From Ramazzottius varieornatus (Eukaryota > Animalia > Tardigrada), in NCBI GenBank assembly GCA_001949185.1, contig BDGG01000010.1:1311773-1375772 (forward strand): DNA of 64,000 bases. Direction: 5' to 3'. A model generated the notes under the pieces. The model saw only the letters and a program-made list of their open reading frames with translations, did not search any database and was not told the origin of the DNA. A program made the position numbers and the translations under genes. Positions 37,201 through 53,100 of the stretch are shown in pieces (the first letter of the stretch is position 1; each line of letters starts with the position of its first letter).

Positions 37201-40200
37201 TAAAAGCTTCAAAAACGAAACCTTAAAGAGCGGCGAGCTTTTTGTTGATGCCGTTACGAACCTGCATACTGATTTCTACGTTGATGTGAAGCTCGAAGCG
37301 TATGCAGGGTTATGATGTATATTTTTCATCGTGGTTTCGGTGCGAATAAGACTGAATATTTCACCTTATTTTTGTAGAATTCCGGACCTATCATTTTCAA
37401 GCCGAGGACGAGCACGACAAAGATGTATGGTTGTCGGTCATCCTAAACAGTAAAGAGCAAGTCCTCCAGCAAGCCTTTGGCCGCGATGCCACGGAGAACC
37501 GAGGTCTCTCAGCCAATATCAGCGAAATACGAGACTCTGTAATTAAGCAAGTGCAAAAGCTACCAGGAAACAACCGGTGTTGTGACTGCGATGCTGAGAA
37601 AACAGGTGAGGTTCCCGCTTTCCTTGAAAGTCATACCGTCAGCTGTTTCATGAACTTCCTTGTTTGAATACAGATCTCACATGGCTCAGTACAAACTTTG
37701 GAGTGCTGACGTGCATAGAATGCTCCGGCGTACATCGCGAGTTGGGTGTCCATGTCTCACGAGTTCAGTCCCTGACACTGGATCATCTGGGAACTGGCCA
37801 GCTGCTACTAGCCCGATCAATGACTAACCTCCTCTTCAACCAAATATTCGAAAGCAGCGTGAACAACGTACAGAAGCCAACTGCAGCCAGCAGAATGTAC
37901 GTACCCAAATTATTCATTGGGCAGGAATAGAGCGGAAATAAAACGAGGCGTCGGCAAATGAATTTAGCCATATCATTTTCTCAAGTGGCGCACGCTCCCG
38001 GTCAATAACGTTGAAAATGTGTGCCACTTGGGAAAACAATTAAACTCGAAAAGATGGTTTTCTCGACCGGCGCACACTTTCAGATAGTAACATTGGATAC
38101 GTGCGTCACTTGAGGTAGCGATCAGGGTGAAACCGTTTGCCAACGTCCAAATATTGAATAAAATAAGTTAGAAAACTGCACGAACGAATGAGATGGACAG
38201 AAGTGGCTTGGAAGGTTTATTGATAAGCCTTGCTTGCAGGGAAGACCGCAACTTGTACATTCGAGCCAAGTATGTGGAAAGACGTTTTGTGACGCCGACC
38301 TGTCCAACAGACGATGTCCGCCAAGAAGCCCTGATGAATGCCTTGCACAATCGGCATCTCCACGGACTGGTTCAGCTTTTTGCTGAAGGTGTCGATCTTT
38401 CGGCATCGCTTGCTGATTCGGTTAGTTTGCATATGAAGTCAATTTCTGCCATTACACGCCATGTTTAATGTCAGGGCTTTGTTTAGGTCATTGACGAGAC
38501 GCCGCTGCACTTTCTGGTGCGTGCTGGCGAGGACGGGCTGACATTGGCGTGTGCTGACTTCATCATCCAGAACTGGTAAGACCGTCTTTCTAATGTCATT
38601 AAATGTAAGCACGACTGATGGGTTTTGAATGGTTTACAGTCGGAGCACCAACAGGACTGATCGAAATGGAAACACCGCCTTGCACCTCTGTGCTGAATTC
38701 AGCAGACCAGAAACGGCCAAGCTTCTCCTTCGCGCTTCGGCCCAGTGGAATCTGCCCAATAATGGCAGTGAAACAGCGCTGGATATTGCTCAGAGAAAAG
38801 GAAACAGCCGCATCGTCGAACTGGTACGTAGGAACAACGGCAGAAAAATGGTCGAATTCGAACTCCGATCCACTCGCAATTCGAAACTTCAAACTGACAG
38901 AAACCTACAAAAACGAAATCATCACTCTAACTGAGCCGGTTTTTTTGTGGAATATCTCTTTCTGATATCGAGCTGTTCTTTCTTGTAATAATAGCAGAAT
39001 AGCAGTTATTGATCTGCAAGTAAGGGTTGATGAGTTTTATCGGTCATGATGTGTTGCAGTTTCAGTACGCACAAACCGGAAAGAAGGAAATGTTCGACAA
39101 CGTTGATGTTGATTGGACACTGTTCGACGTAAGTCCAAAGCTTCACTTTCTCCGCTGCTGGACACAGCTTTCAGTTTTGGGTATATCGCAGTTGGACATC
39201 ATACTTTTTCCGTAGGATGAGTTCGCCTTCGATAACGGCGATTACAGCGATGACGAAGCCGAAGGTTCCGAGTTTGGCAACGGTTCCTCCCGTCGCTCCT
39301 TCCGCACAGCCCGGACGCCCAACCAAATCGCTGCTCTGGGCAGCAGCTATCCCTCCTCCACTCTGCTAAAGAACAGCCAAACGACCAACCTGCACACCAT
39401 CACCAACACTGCCAGTTCCTCTTCCATCCACAAAGCGCCTCTGGTCAGTTCCATCTCCATGATGGCGCCTCCCAGCAACCCCAAGTCCACCTTTACCTCC
39501 TTCACGCCGCTACAGCGTAAAGAGTCGACCAATACTCAGCCCTCCAACTACTCTGCACAACCCCGTGAGCCTGTAGAACCGGTGAAGTTGATCAAGAAAC
39601 ATTCCGCTCCTGCCAAGGACCTCCATACAGACGGTGAGAATATAAGGCACCCGGTGAGTGAGAAACGCACGACGGTCGTGGTCGATCCGCGGCACCTGAG
39701 AGCCACATCAGACCCAAAGACTGTCCAGGAAATGGTCCGTGCCGGATCGGATATGCCTAGCCTACCTGTCAAGACCAAATACTCAAACACTTCTGCGTTA
39801 CATGGACAGAGCAACGACAACCTGTCCAGTGCTGGTATTTATCCTTCCGGCTCAGATAGCCGACAGTATCTGGATAACGGTGGTGTGCTGAAGCCTAAAC
39901 CGCCACCTCGAAGACGAGAGGGTTTTAGAAGGTGCAAAGCCTTATTCGACTGTGAAGCCGACCATCCAGGTAATTTCCATAATTCCTTCCATTTCTGTTC
40001 TTGTGTTGCTGATGTTGTTTCCATCATTCATCTTCAGATGAACTGTCGTTCAGAGCCGGCGATATCATCCAGATAATAAACACCCAAACCGATGACGAGA
40101 ACTGGATGGTAAGTGTGACAGTACAGTAGAACTTTCAGTATTGAATCCAACCGTTCTTCCTCTTTCAGGAAGGGATGATTGAGACGGCAAACGGTGTTGT

Positions 40201-40252
40201 CAAGCGTGGACTGTTCCCCGTTTCCTTCGTGCACATGTTACCAGATACGTGA
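28229..40252 (+). CDS. ASAP1: ArfGAP with BAR, PH, ArfGAP, ankyrin and SH3 domains
   Basis: Exon 28229-28393 (ISVPTFL..REDL...CR..), 6.4-kb intron 28394-34771, ALDTDREGLQKLKKTVKAI, DLKKAIDKAWKDYE, GYNLHQLQGNK..G.LYKK..WQKRKC (PH), PGNNRCCDC..WLSTNFGVLTCIECSGVHRELGVH (ArfGAP), ankyrin GNTALHLC, SH3 RRCKALFDCEAD..GLFPVSFV. Stop at 40250-40252. Confidence 0.96.
35008..35056. repeat. Family-2 intronic palindromic element (ASAP intron)
   Basis: ACCTGCATGC, 29 nt, GTATGCAGGT. Confidence 0.75.
36310..36360. repeat. Family-2 intronic palindromic element (ASAP intron)
   Basis: ACCTGCATAC, 31 nt, GTATGCAGGT. Confidence 0.8.
37260..37309. repeat. Family-2 intronic palindromic element (ASAP intron)
   Basis: ACCTGCATAC, 30 nt, GTATGCAGGG. 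Confidence 0.8.
37946..38148. repeat. Family-1 element, tandem dimer (82-bp period) with outer TIRs (ASAP intron)
   Basis: GGCGTCGGCAAATGA..TTTTCTCAAGTGGCGCAC-25-GTGTGCCACTTGGGAAAAC..AACTCGAAAAGATGGTTTTC..GGCGCAC-25-GTGCGTCACTTG..TTTGCCAACGTCC. Confidence 0.88.
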
Positions 40253-40824
40253 CGCTAACTGTTTAACCGTTACCTGTACAAACCACTTGTTGATTCTTTT
40301 TAGTTGTTTAAAACCCGTGCGAAAGTCCGTTTCTAGAAGTGTCCCTGTTGAAAAGTTGTACATAGGTTTGTTCTGAGCTTCTATCAAGAACTAGTTTACA
40401 AAGTTACATGGTTGTCACTCGTCACTGCGATTCCACACTTAACCGGATAATAAACAAAGAGAAATTTTTATTAGCAGTTTCCATCTTAGACAACGTCAGC
40501 GAAAAGGTTTTCAAGGAGCGAACAAACATTTTTTTTCTCGTTTTTCGCAGACAATCCAAAGCAGAAAGCTACCGAAGTAGAATAACGGATAATGTTTTTT
40601 CAATGTTCTCATGGCGTGGGCGAGGGGCGAATTTTCTGAACTGGTAGGCTAATCCTACACGAATGGTACAGAGAGAGAGGGAACAAAACAAAGGGGAAAA
40701 CGAAACAATTTTTTGTCGGACAATTTATGGGAGAGAGACACGTGTTTTTTTTTGAAAATTCACAAGCTTTTTATTTGGTGGAAAAGAGGTCTTTTTTTCG
40801 TCTTCCAGTCCAATCCAGCGATCT

Positions 40825-44535
<3,711 letters not shown>

Positions 44536-46088
44536 CTACAAAGAAACAACGAAACTACATCAGCCCAACGTTCTCCTTTCTTCCGGGAAATCTTCTAGAA
44601 CCGGCGAACCACAACAGATGGCCATGATTGCTTTCTCTTCACCCGGCAAAAGTTCGATGTGACGCAAGGCTGCGCAAAGAACTTTGCTCAAGTGGGGCAA
44701 AAACACTCGGAACTGCTCAAACAGCACAAAATGACCGGTTTCATCCGGACTTGATTTGCGGAACATGCTGTTTGACAGGGTGGCCAACCGGCAATTATCG
44801 CCCAGGAAAACCAGGTGACAACAAAACTGTGCGCACACGGATATGTATCCAGGCAATCTGTCGGGTTCGCCATCCCTAGATTTCATTCTTCCCTAAGAGA
44901 TTATTCCATTCAATAACAAAAAGGGGAAATCAAGGATGATTACCAGATGAACAAACCTTGGTTAATGGTACGACAGTTTGATGGTTCTATACTAAACTAA
45001 AAACACCTAAAATTACAGTTGAAAACCTGAAAACGTCTACTCGCTCTACTCCCATATTTCGCCAAAGAAAATATTCCTCTTCCTTCCTTCCCCTCAGATA
45101 CAGTCTCCATAACAACTGTCTTCAGCACAAAACATCTTCCAGTTGATCAATCTTTGCCGAATAGAGAACCAAAGGCAGAAACATTTAATATTCGCCACTC
45201 CAGAACAAAACAATCAACTGAAAACCCCATTGTGCCGTCTTTCTCGTAATTTCTGTCCCAACAATCCGCAGAAAAATTCTCACGTCGTCCGAATCAATTT
45301 CTACTCATGCTGCTAGCTTCCAGAGCCTGTTATGAATTTTTTGGACTGGGAAATGAGGACAGTTAGACAGGAAACCGAAGTTTATCACAGCAGCTGTGGT
45401 TGCGTCATTCCAACTCGATAGAAATTCCTGAAAATTCGAACAGCGATCGGACTTACCAGAGAGAGGCTCCGTGAACAAGACGATAGAGGATATTTTAATA
45501 GGAAGAATTTTTTTGGATTTTTTAGAGCACTTAAGCAATTTTTTGGAAAGGTGAGAAAATACTGCCTCACTCAACCCTGCCACGAGAACACTGATCGTGC
45601 GAGCTTTCGTCGCTGGCAGGAGCAGGCCCGGCACGAGATGTGTGATGAAATACCTGGCGAACCAAAGGAACAGTGGGAGTCATCCGGTAACGCACCCACG
45701 TCACGCCTCCTCCACAGATAACAGGGGTTTTCCATCGAGTCAGAATTTCGATTGGGTAAGGGGACCGTACAATTAGCCCGCCTTCCCAAGCTATCGACAG
45801 CAGCTGCGCCCTGCCATGTGCCGACGTGTGGAACAAGACGAACAAAGGGAACTGGTTCCATCTGTCGACTGATTGACCACTCCGGTTGATTCACCCAGCC
45901 TGCTAGCTGTTTGAGCTCTTGGAGTCTTCAGAAGATTTTCCGGTGAAGTTCATCCCAGAAGTATTTTGTCGGAGGAATACATCCATCTTGTTCGTCTTTG
46001 GATATTGAGAAGATCACACCGTAAGTACCTCCTGTAAGAAATCTGGGGTCTGAGTCAGTGGCGTGATTCGTCTCATTTACAGATCACC

Positions 46089-46871
46089 ATGCCGGAAGCG
46101 AAGGAGAACAAGGCTAGACAGCCCCGCAACTATGCATTGCCATCTGGTATTATGCGTTTCTCCAAGAGTGCCATGTACAAGAAGCGAGCTATCCACAAGA
46201 TGAAGAAGGTGGGCCAGAAGCCCAAAACTGCCAAAGAACAACCCTCCAAGACGGTGGAGAAGCAAATCAAAGGTGACAAGAACGGAGGCACCCGTCAGGT
46301 GTTGAAGAGCAAGGGGCCTCGCTTCTACCCCACCGAAGATCGACGTGGAAGACGCAACCACATTCGCCGCAAGACGGTGGATAACAGAGAAAAGAAGCCC
46401 ACCAGGCACTCCAAGAAGCTCCGTAGCACCCTCACTCCAGGTACAGTTGTCATCCTTCTGGCTGGACGTCATAAGGGAAAGCGAGTTGTTCTCCTGAAGC
46501 AACTTGACTCTGGCCTCCTGCTGGTAACTGGACCTTGGAAAGTGAACGGTTGCCCCATGCGTCGCATCAACCAGCGTTACGTGATCGCCACCAAGACGAA
46601 GTTGGACATTTCCAAAGTCAGCTTGAACACCAACATTAACGACGCTTACTTCCGAAGGATCCGCGCCAAGGCTTCGAAAGACGCTGGCATCTTCGACCAG
46701 AAGAAGGAAGACTACAAACCATCGAACCAACGTGTGGAAGATCAAGTGTCCGTCGACAAGCAGATTCTGGACGCCATCAAAGCCAGCCCAGATGGCAAGA
46801 GTCTTCGAGGTTACTTGTCTACCTATTTCCAGCTGAAGAATAAGGAGTTCCCTCATCAAATGGTTTTCTAA
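46089..46871 (+). CDS. RPL6: 60S ribosomal protein L6 (eL6), intronless CDS with a 5' UTR intron at about 46022-46082
   Basis: RNYALPSGIMRFSKSAMYKK, KGDKNGGTRQV, LRSTLTPGTVVILLAGRHKGKRVV.LKQL.SGLLLVTGP, FPHQMVF*. Confidence 0.98.
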   Translation: MPEAKENKARQPRNYALPSGIMRFSKSAMYKKRAIHKMKKVGQKPKTAKEQPSKTVEKQIKGDKNGGTRQVLKSKGPRFYPTEDRRGRRNHIRRKTVDNREKKPTRHSKKLRSTLTPGTVVILLAGRHKGKRVVLLKQLDSGLLLVTGPWKVNGCPMRRINQRYVIATKTKLDISKVSLNTNINDAYFRRIRAKASKDAGIFDQKKEDYKPSNQRVEDQVSVDKQILDAIKASPDGKSLRGYLSTYFQLKNKEFPHQMVF

Positions 46872-47103
46872 ACGTAAAACTTTCTCCTTGTGTAGGACTG
46901 TCGTCATTATGTAGTATGGTTTTAGTAAAAAGATAAAGATCAAGCCAGAATTCTGTCGGATAAAACTGAAACATAAATCAGGAATATCTGAGACGAACAT
47001 TCACAAGATAAAACAGGAAATTAATCTAGACAGTCATGCCGAAGAAATCTATCACACAAAATTATCAAGGAAGACGTCGAAGAGGAAAGCTTGACAGGCT
47101 GGG

Positions 47104-50100
47104 CTACTTTTTGCTTTTTCTGCGTTTGGCATGAGAGGCAGGGGCTGCCTTAATACTAGCAGGAGTAAGAGTTTCTTTGACTGTAGAAGCACGGGAAGCT
47201 GTCGAAGGAACGGAATGGCGGGTTGCTTTGGAGTTTCCGTTTTCTTTGGGGAATAGGCTCGACGGCTTCTCAGAAGGCGTGCTTGGGGTGGCCTTCTGTT
47301 TGCGATCCATCGTGCTCGTAAGGTTTGCCAGAGGCGCGATTTGAGCCGGTCGAACGAAGAGACCGTGACGATCGGGACAGGAGAAGTAACGGCGATCGTT
47401 CGCGCATCCGTCATGCTTACCTGGAACAGATCAAGGTTAGGACTGAATACTTCAGGCCTTGGAAACAAACATATTCTGACGAAAACAATGAAAAATGTCG
47501 TAGAACTTACCAAAAGGTCCGTCGAGCTCGACTCCAGCCCAGGTACCAGGACCGAACACCGTTTCTCCGCAGTACCTAATGGTACCGGGCGAGCCGTTAC
47601 GCAGGAGAGTGACTCGAGATCCGATAGCAGGTGATGGGCAGCAGTCACCGGAAAGACTGGACTGAAAAGAAGCTCCATCGGACGAATCTGTAAGATACAT
47701 TCGTTAAATCCAGAGCGAAAGGACGTTATGTTCAGCCTATTCTGTGCATACCAAGAGAATAGATGCTGGTCCGAGGATCGAAGTTCTCCTCGTCATTCTG
47801 CTTTAGTTCCTCGAAAGGTTTCTTTATAACCGAGGAAGCTTCTGGAGCGCTAGCCAGAACCTGCTCCTCGACGCTGTCATGGTCTTCCACGTTCGTTGTC
47901 TGTAGAAGCTCGATGTCGGTGACATCGTCGAAAGGTACCTCCCTTACGACGAGCTCGGCTTCGCCGTGTTTCTGGTCGGGAAACTTACTGTCCAGTTCAG
48001 GTGAGACATTTGAGCTTCTTCCTGAGCTGGCATCCGACAGAGAGGACTGCGTGTTGGTCTGAGATCCGATGCCGCTGGACAGCGCGCTCAGGCTCGCACT
48101 ATTCTGCATGTCCGGTTTGACAAAAGGCGACTCCAAGCCCTCCAAGGGTTCACCGGAAGCGTGCGAATGCAGGCTATGAGAACTGTCATACTGTACTTCG
48201 CTAATGCAATGCGGTACTTTCTCGTCTGCCTGGTGTTCTCCGTGCTGATCTTCCACCACCGGTAGCATGCGGCTTGCATGACCAAACTTGGAGGGCGTAG
48301 GTGTGTAGATTTCATGCGAAGAACTGGGAGCTGTTTGAAAGAGTAATGTTAGAGGTCGACCACATTTTGTAACGTCGGAAGACACGAACAAGGACAGACG
48401 TACATAAGCTTCCCACCACCGAGCGGATGTTCAAAAATGTTGGACGATCTGTGCAGATTACAAACAGCTGTTAGCGCACCACACCTTCCGGTTTCATATC
48501 TGAAGGCTATGATCCTTAAACTTACTTCTCAACGACGCTCTCTTGTCACCGTTAACGTTGGAAGAGAGATCCACTTGGGAGGATGCAGCATCTACGGACT
48601 GTCTGTCCCGCGCGTTGGAAACTATCTCCGAGGAGCGCGAGAACTGTAAAAGATTAACAGCTGTAAGCTTCGCCCGTCGAACGTGATGTCATACAATATT
48701 GATCAATGTGGTCATAACTGTCATGCCGTCGCAGTGTGACTTACGTGTTGGCCGATGCCCATAGGTACGCTCGTGGTCTTCCGCAGTCGCTTGCCGGCTT
48801 GCACCTCCAACTCTTTGATCTTCAACGCCTGGCGATCGCGTTCGTGTTTCAGAAGGATCTCCACACTCAGGACGTTACGAAGGTACAGATCGATGTACGA
48901 TTCGCCGTTTAGCGTGGATGAGTCGGAAGCAGCAGCTAACAGAGCCAACTGTGTTCGATCTTCCGTCTCCTCGGAAGCCTGAAATAAGCCGGATGATCAG
49001 ACATGCTCTACGTGACTAATTCCGAAGCATTGGGTTGAGTTCACCTTTGGCAGACTGGATACAACTTGGTAAGTCACGCCGGTATGTTGTAAGCTTTTGG
49101 CTCTGCCGGACAACTTCTGGAAGACAGAGTAGATCATGGAGTTGCGCTTCCGGACAATGCTTATGCAAAGTCGTTTGCGAAGGAACAAGTCAACGGGAGC
49201 TGGATGAGTGAGACGGACGATCGCTCTAACAACCAAGTAGACGAAGCGATCTTGTTGAGTGACGCAGTTCAGCGCGGGAGAATCGTGCCGAGATGAGTCC
49301 CAGGAAAATGTACCCTCGGCCTAGTTGCGATGCAAATATTCAATCGTAACGAGGAACCGTCACTGTCTTGTAAACTGCTGAAACTTACCTTTTCATTATC
49401 GGTCCTAATGGAGGGAAGATCGATCATGCTCAAGTTCTTCTCACGCGGAAGTTCGGTAGCTGCGCCGACCACCAGGTACTGGCCACTGAGAGGCGTGTAT
49501 GTGCGGACATCGTCGGGTTGGAGGTCCATGTAAAGCACAGGCAAGTGCATTTCCACTCCGTCCGGGGGAGCCCTGATGAGAAGTCAGCTCTTTAGTGAAG
49601 CATCAAATAACTGGACCCGGTACGGTCATACAATCTAAACTAGAAGTGCAACCTTCTTACCCTTGTGCTGGAGCTCCGGGAATGCCACTGTCTGCAGTAG
49701 GAACATGAACCGAACTCAGCTCTTCCGACCATGTCAACAACTGGTCATGCAAATTTCTCTCGCGTTCCACTTCCGCCTCAGTTTTCGCTGAAGAAAAAGA
49801 TTTTATTTTTTGTTTGACCTGAGGTGGTCTCTCTGTACTTACAAGTCTTCTCGGCGAGCTTTTCGAGTTCTTTCTCTAGGTGAACGCGTCGCTTTCTTAG
49901 TACAGCCTCCCATTTGCTGCGCAGTGTCTTCAGATCTTCCTCCTGGTAAGAATCGAGACCTCTTTGCTGAGCCAAGTCCCGTTCCTCGATTGACCCAATA
50001 GCGCAGCTAACTATCGAGTCGACATTCACGGGCAGAAAGCCACCCTTCGGCGACGGCGTCACTTTTACCCGGATGTGGCGTTGCTGGCCTTGACGGAGCT

Positions 50101-53100
50101 GATACACTCCGCCCGTTAGGACACGGGCGTCAGGGACCACATCAACTGGCGCGTAAGCTCCCTGATCATTAAGCTCATGGACCTCGACGACCATGTCGAG
50201 CTTCCGGCTAACTTCACTCCAACTACGAAAAAACCCTCAATTTGTAACAAACTTCACACTTGGAATATTTATATCTTGAAATGTTATTTCAGAAAAGTAC
50301 TAACAAATTTATTATTATCGTCTGACTGGAACCAAAATTTTTGATCTTTCACAGTACGAGGGTGAGTATCGTTTGGTCTTCTGCAAGAACTTACTGGTCA
50401 GCGATGGTTTTGCTCTTGAAGTCCAACTTGTTCACATCCCATTCTTTGTCGAGTCCGGCATGCTTGTGGCCCCATACTTGGATCATCAGTGACCCATCTT
50501 GGCAGAAGTCTAGGAAGTCTTCGTTGAGCTGCGCGTGATGCTCTTTCCAGTAGTCGAACCGGAAGCGAGCGCCATCTTTGCCTCTGACCACATGACTGCG
50601 GAAGTTCTTGTAGGGAACTACGTTTGGTTGCTTCTCTCCCCAAAAAGTGTATTCACAAAATACAAAATTGGCGAAAGCTGGAGGGATGCCAGTGGCCTCC
50701 TTGATCACGATCTGAAAATCCGATACCATTGATACCATGAAGACTCGAGAGCCCGCATGCGTAATAGGGACTCACACGGCACACAACTTCGTTACGATTG
50801 CATTCCGCTTCATTGGCGAACCCGTTGTCGTAGTTGTCAGGGTTGTAGGAGAATTGATCACTGAAGTTGTCTTCATCGTTCTCACTGTCCACACCAGCAT
50901 CCCCTTCTCTGTCTTCGGAGCTTAGGTTGCCTTTAGTACGGGCTATCTCGACATGGAGTCTGCCAACAATCTACAAAAAAACTGCAATTAAATTCATTGA
51001 CAAAGAGGCCGAATGTTTATCGGTATACCGGAATACATGTCGAAAACTTAATTACCTCTCCTTGCTGCGACACGATAGGAACACTGTACTCCAGAGGCAC
51101 ATCGTGAAACAGGGCGGACATGAAAATGTTCGCCACGCCGATGAGGTTGTGGTTCACTTCGTGCTCATAAAAGGGATCGATATCCATGGCCGTGTACAGT
51201 TGTTCTTCCTAAAGGACAATTAAGATGTACTGACGTACTTTTTCACGACGTTGGCGCTAGAAAATCAAAATACGTTACTTACCGTTGGAACTTCCGGTCC
51301 TTTCCACAGTGTGTAGAGCTCCCGCATATCTATCAGCTTGTTCTGAAGTTTCTCAATGGACCATGTCTGGTTCGGGAGATGTTTTCTCTTCACCACGATG
51401 GCGGCTTCACTCAATGTACCGAGAGACTACAATGTAAACCATCAAGATCAATGATCAATAGAAGAGGAGAACGAAATCGTTAATTAAGACCAGAAGTGCC
51501 GCAAAATCAAATCATACCTTTCTGTTGGGCGAAAGGTTGCTCACAGGTATTTGCAACGTGACTTGGTAGTCCGTATCCTTTCCTAGTTCTTTCGCGAGGC
51601 ACCGTGCTTCGTGCGCGTAGGTATTCGCACGTATAATCTCCGTTTTTAGTTGAGCGAGACATTTGTTGAACCATTCTTCCCTGCATGCCGGAAGAAGGAT
51701 ATGGGTGGAAGGTAATCAAACTCGTTTGACTGGACAAGAGCTCATCTTACCGCTCTTCTGTCCAGGCTTCAAAGCGAGGTGTGCCGGCCAGCGGAGTAGA
51801 GGAGTACGAATATCGAGAACTCCGATGGATGTCGACAGAGGAACCGAAAGCTAGCGGATTCACGCCGACACTCGGCGTAGACGGAGTACCCGCAATGGAA
51901 TGTGTACTGCGGTACAACTGCATCTTCCTTTCGTACTCCTGACTCTGTGCGAACAGTGCTCCTACCAGTGAGACATAGGCACGTGAACCAGCCATCCTGC
52001 CACATAAAAAAAACTACGAATTTAGCGCTTACGTTGTTTGTCTTCCTGGTATCGGCCTTCAAGAGCAGTTATAAGGGAGGCCGTTGCGGGATCCGAGCTG
52101 ACTTTGTTCCGGCAGAGCTCTTCCATGGCTGATTCGTAGTTGACAGGTTCTTCGGGTGTCCAACCGGTGTCTGAAAAGACAGAAGTGTCATAGTTTGACA
52201 GGAAGAAGCGAAGAGAAGGAACTTACTGTCGTTGGATTTTGGGCAATTGACACGGAAAAAGTGATGGTTGCCAAAGACTAGGCGATCACGATTGTACAGC
52301 TTGGTTCTACTCGATATCTCCATGCCATTAACGCACGTTCTGTTACAAATGAGGCACAAGAGTTCAATCGCTGACAAACGGAGGGATAGTTGAAGCCGAA
52401 GGAGAAGGACTTACTTGGCATCGTCGATTGGCTCGACAAAGAGCTCTTGGCCCTCGACGAGCAAAAGAGCGTGCTGCGATTTGATGCCGATGCCGCTCAA
52501 CTGGATATCCTGCTGCTCTTCGGTGTCCGATCGTCCCACAGAGTTATATTCCTGTAAAGTGCCGAAGTGAAATCGCCAAGCGTGACAAATGGAGCGTACT
52601 AAACTATGTCTTACTTTGAGATAATAGACCAAGTTCTCGTTCAGCGAAGGGTCGTCGTTGAGGTTAACGAGATAGTGACGGCCTTGGTTGACTTTGATTC
52701 CAGACGAGTGCACTTCTAATCCCATTTTCTCGAGTGCTTGCTGCCGCTCCTAAGAACGGAACAGTGGCCGTCAATTTCCAGCAAATGAATAAAAAATTCG
52801 ATTACGCTTTCTCTGATGAACAGTCGATTCGCCGCAAGACACAAAATCAACCCTGGATGAAAAACAGTTCTCCGAACTCGTACTGTGTAAGTCTTCTCAG
52901 ACAGTTTCACAAGACACCAATGTGAATCGAAACAGTGGCAAACCGGAAGTTGGAAGTTAGGGAGCCCTGTTTTCGCTGTTTAATATTGCAGAAACGTTCA
53001 AACATGCCTCGGGAATAAGGCAACGACGTTGTGGAAGTCTGTCATCGACTTGTGTGGTGAAACTGTTGCTCTGTTGGTTTAGTGTAATAGAAAAAGAAAG

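Noticed and set aside
46077-47000. 307-aa minus-strand ORF, and similar long antisense ORFs such as 19826-20542 and 1456-2163
   Set aside because: They are antisense shadows of real coding exons with no recognisable protein features.
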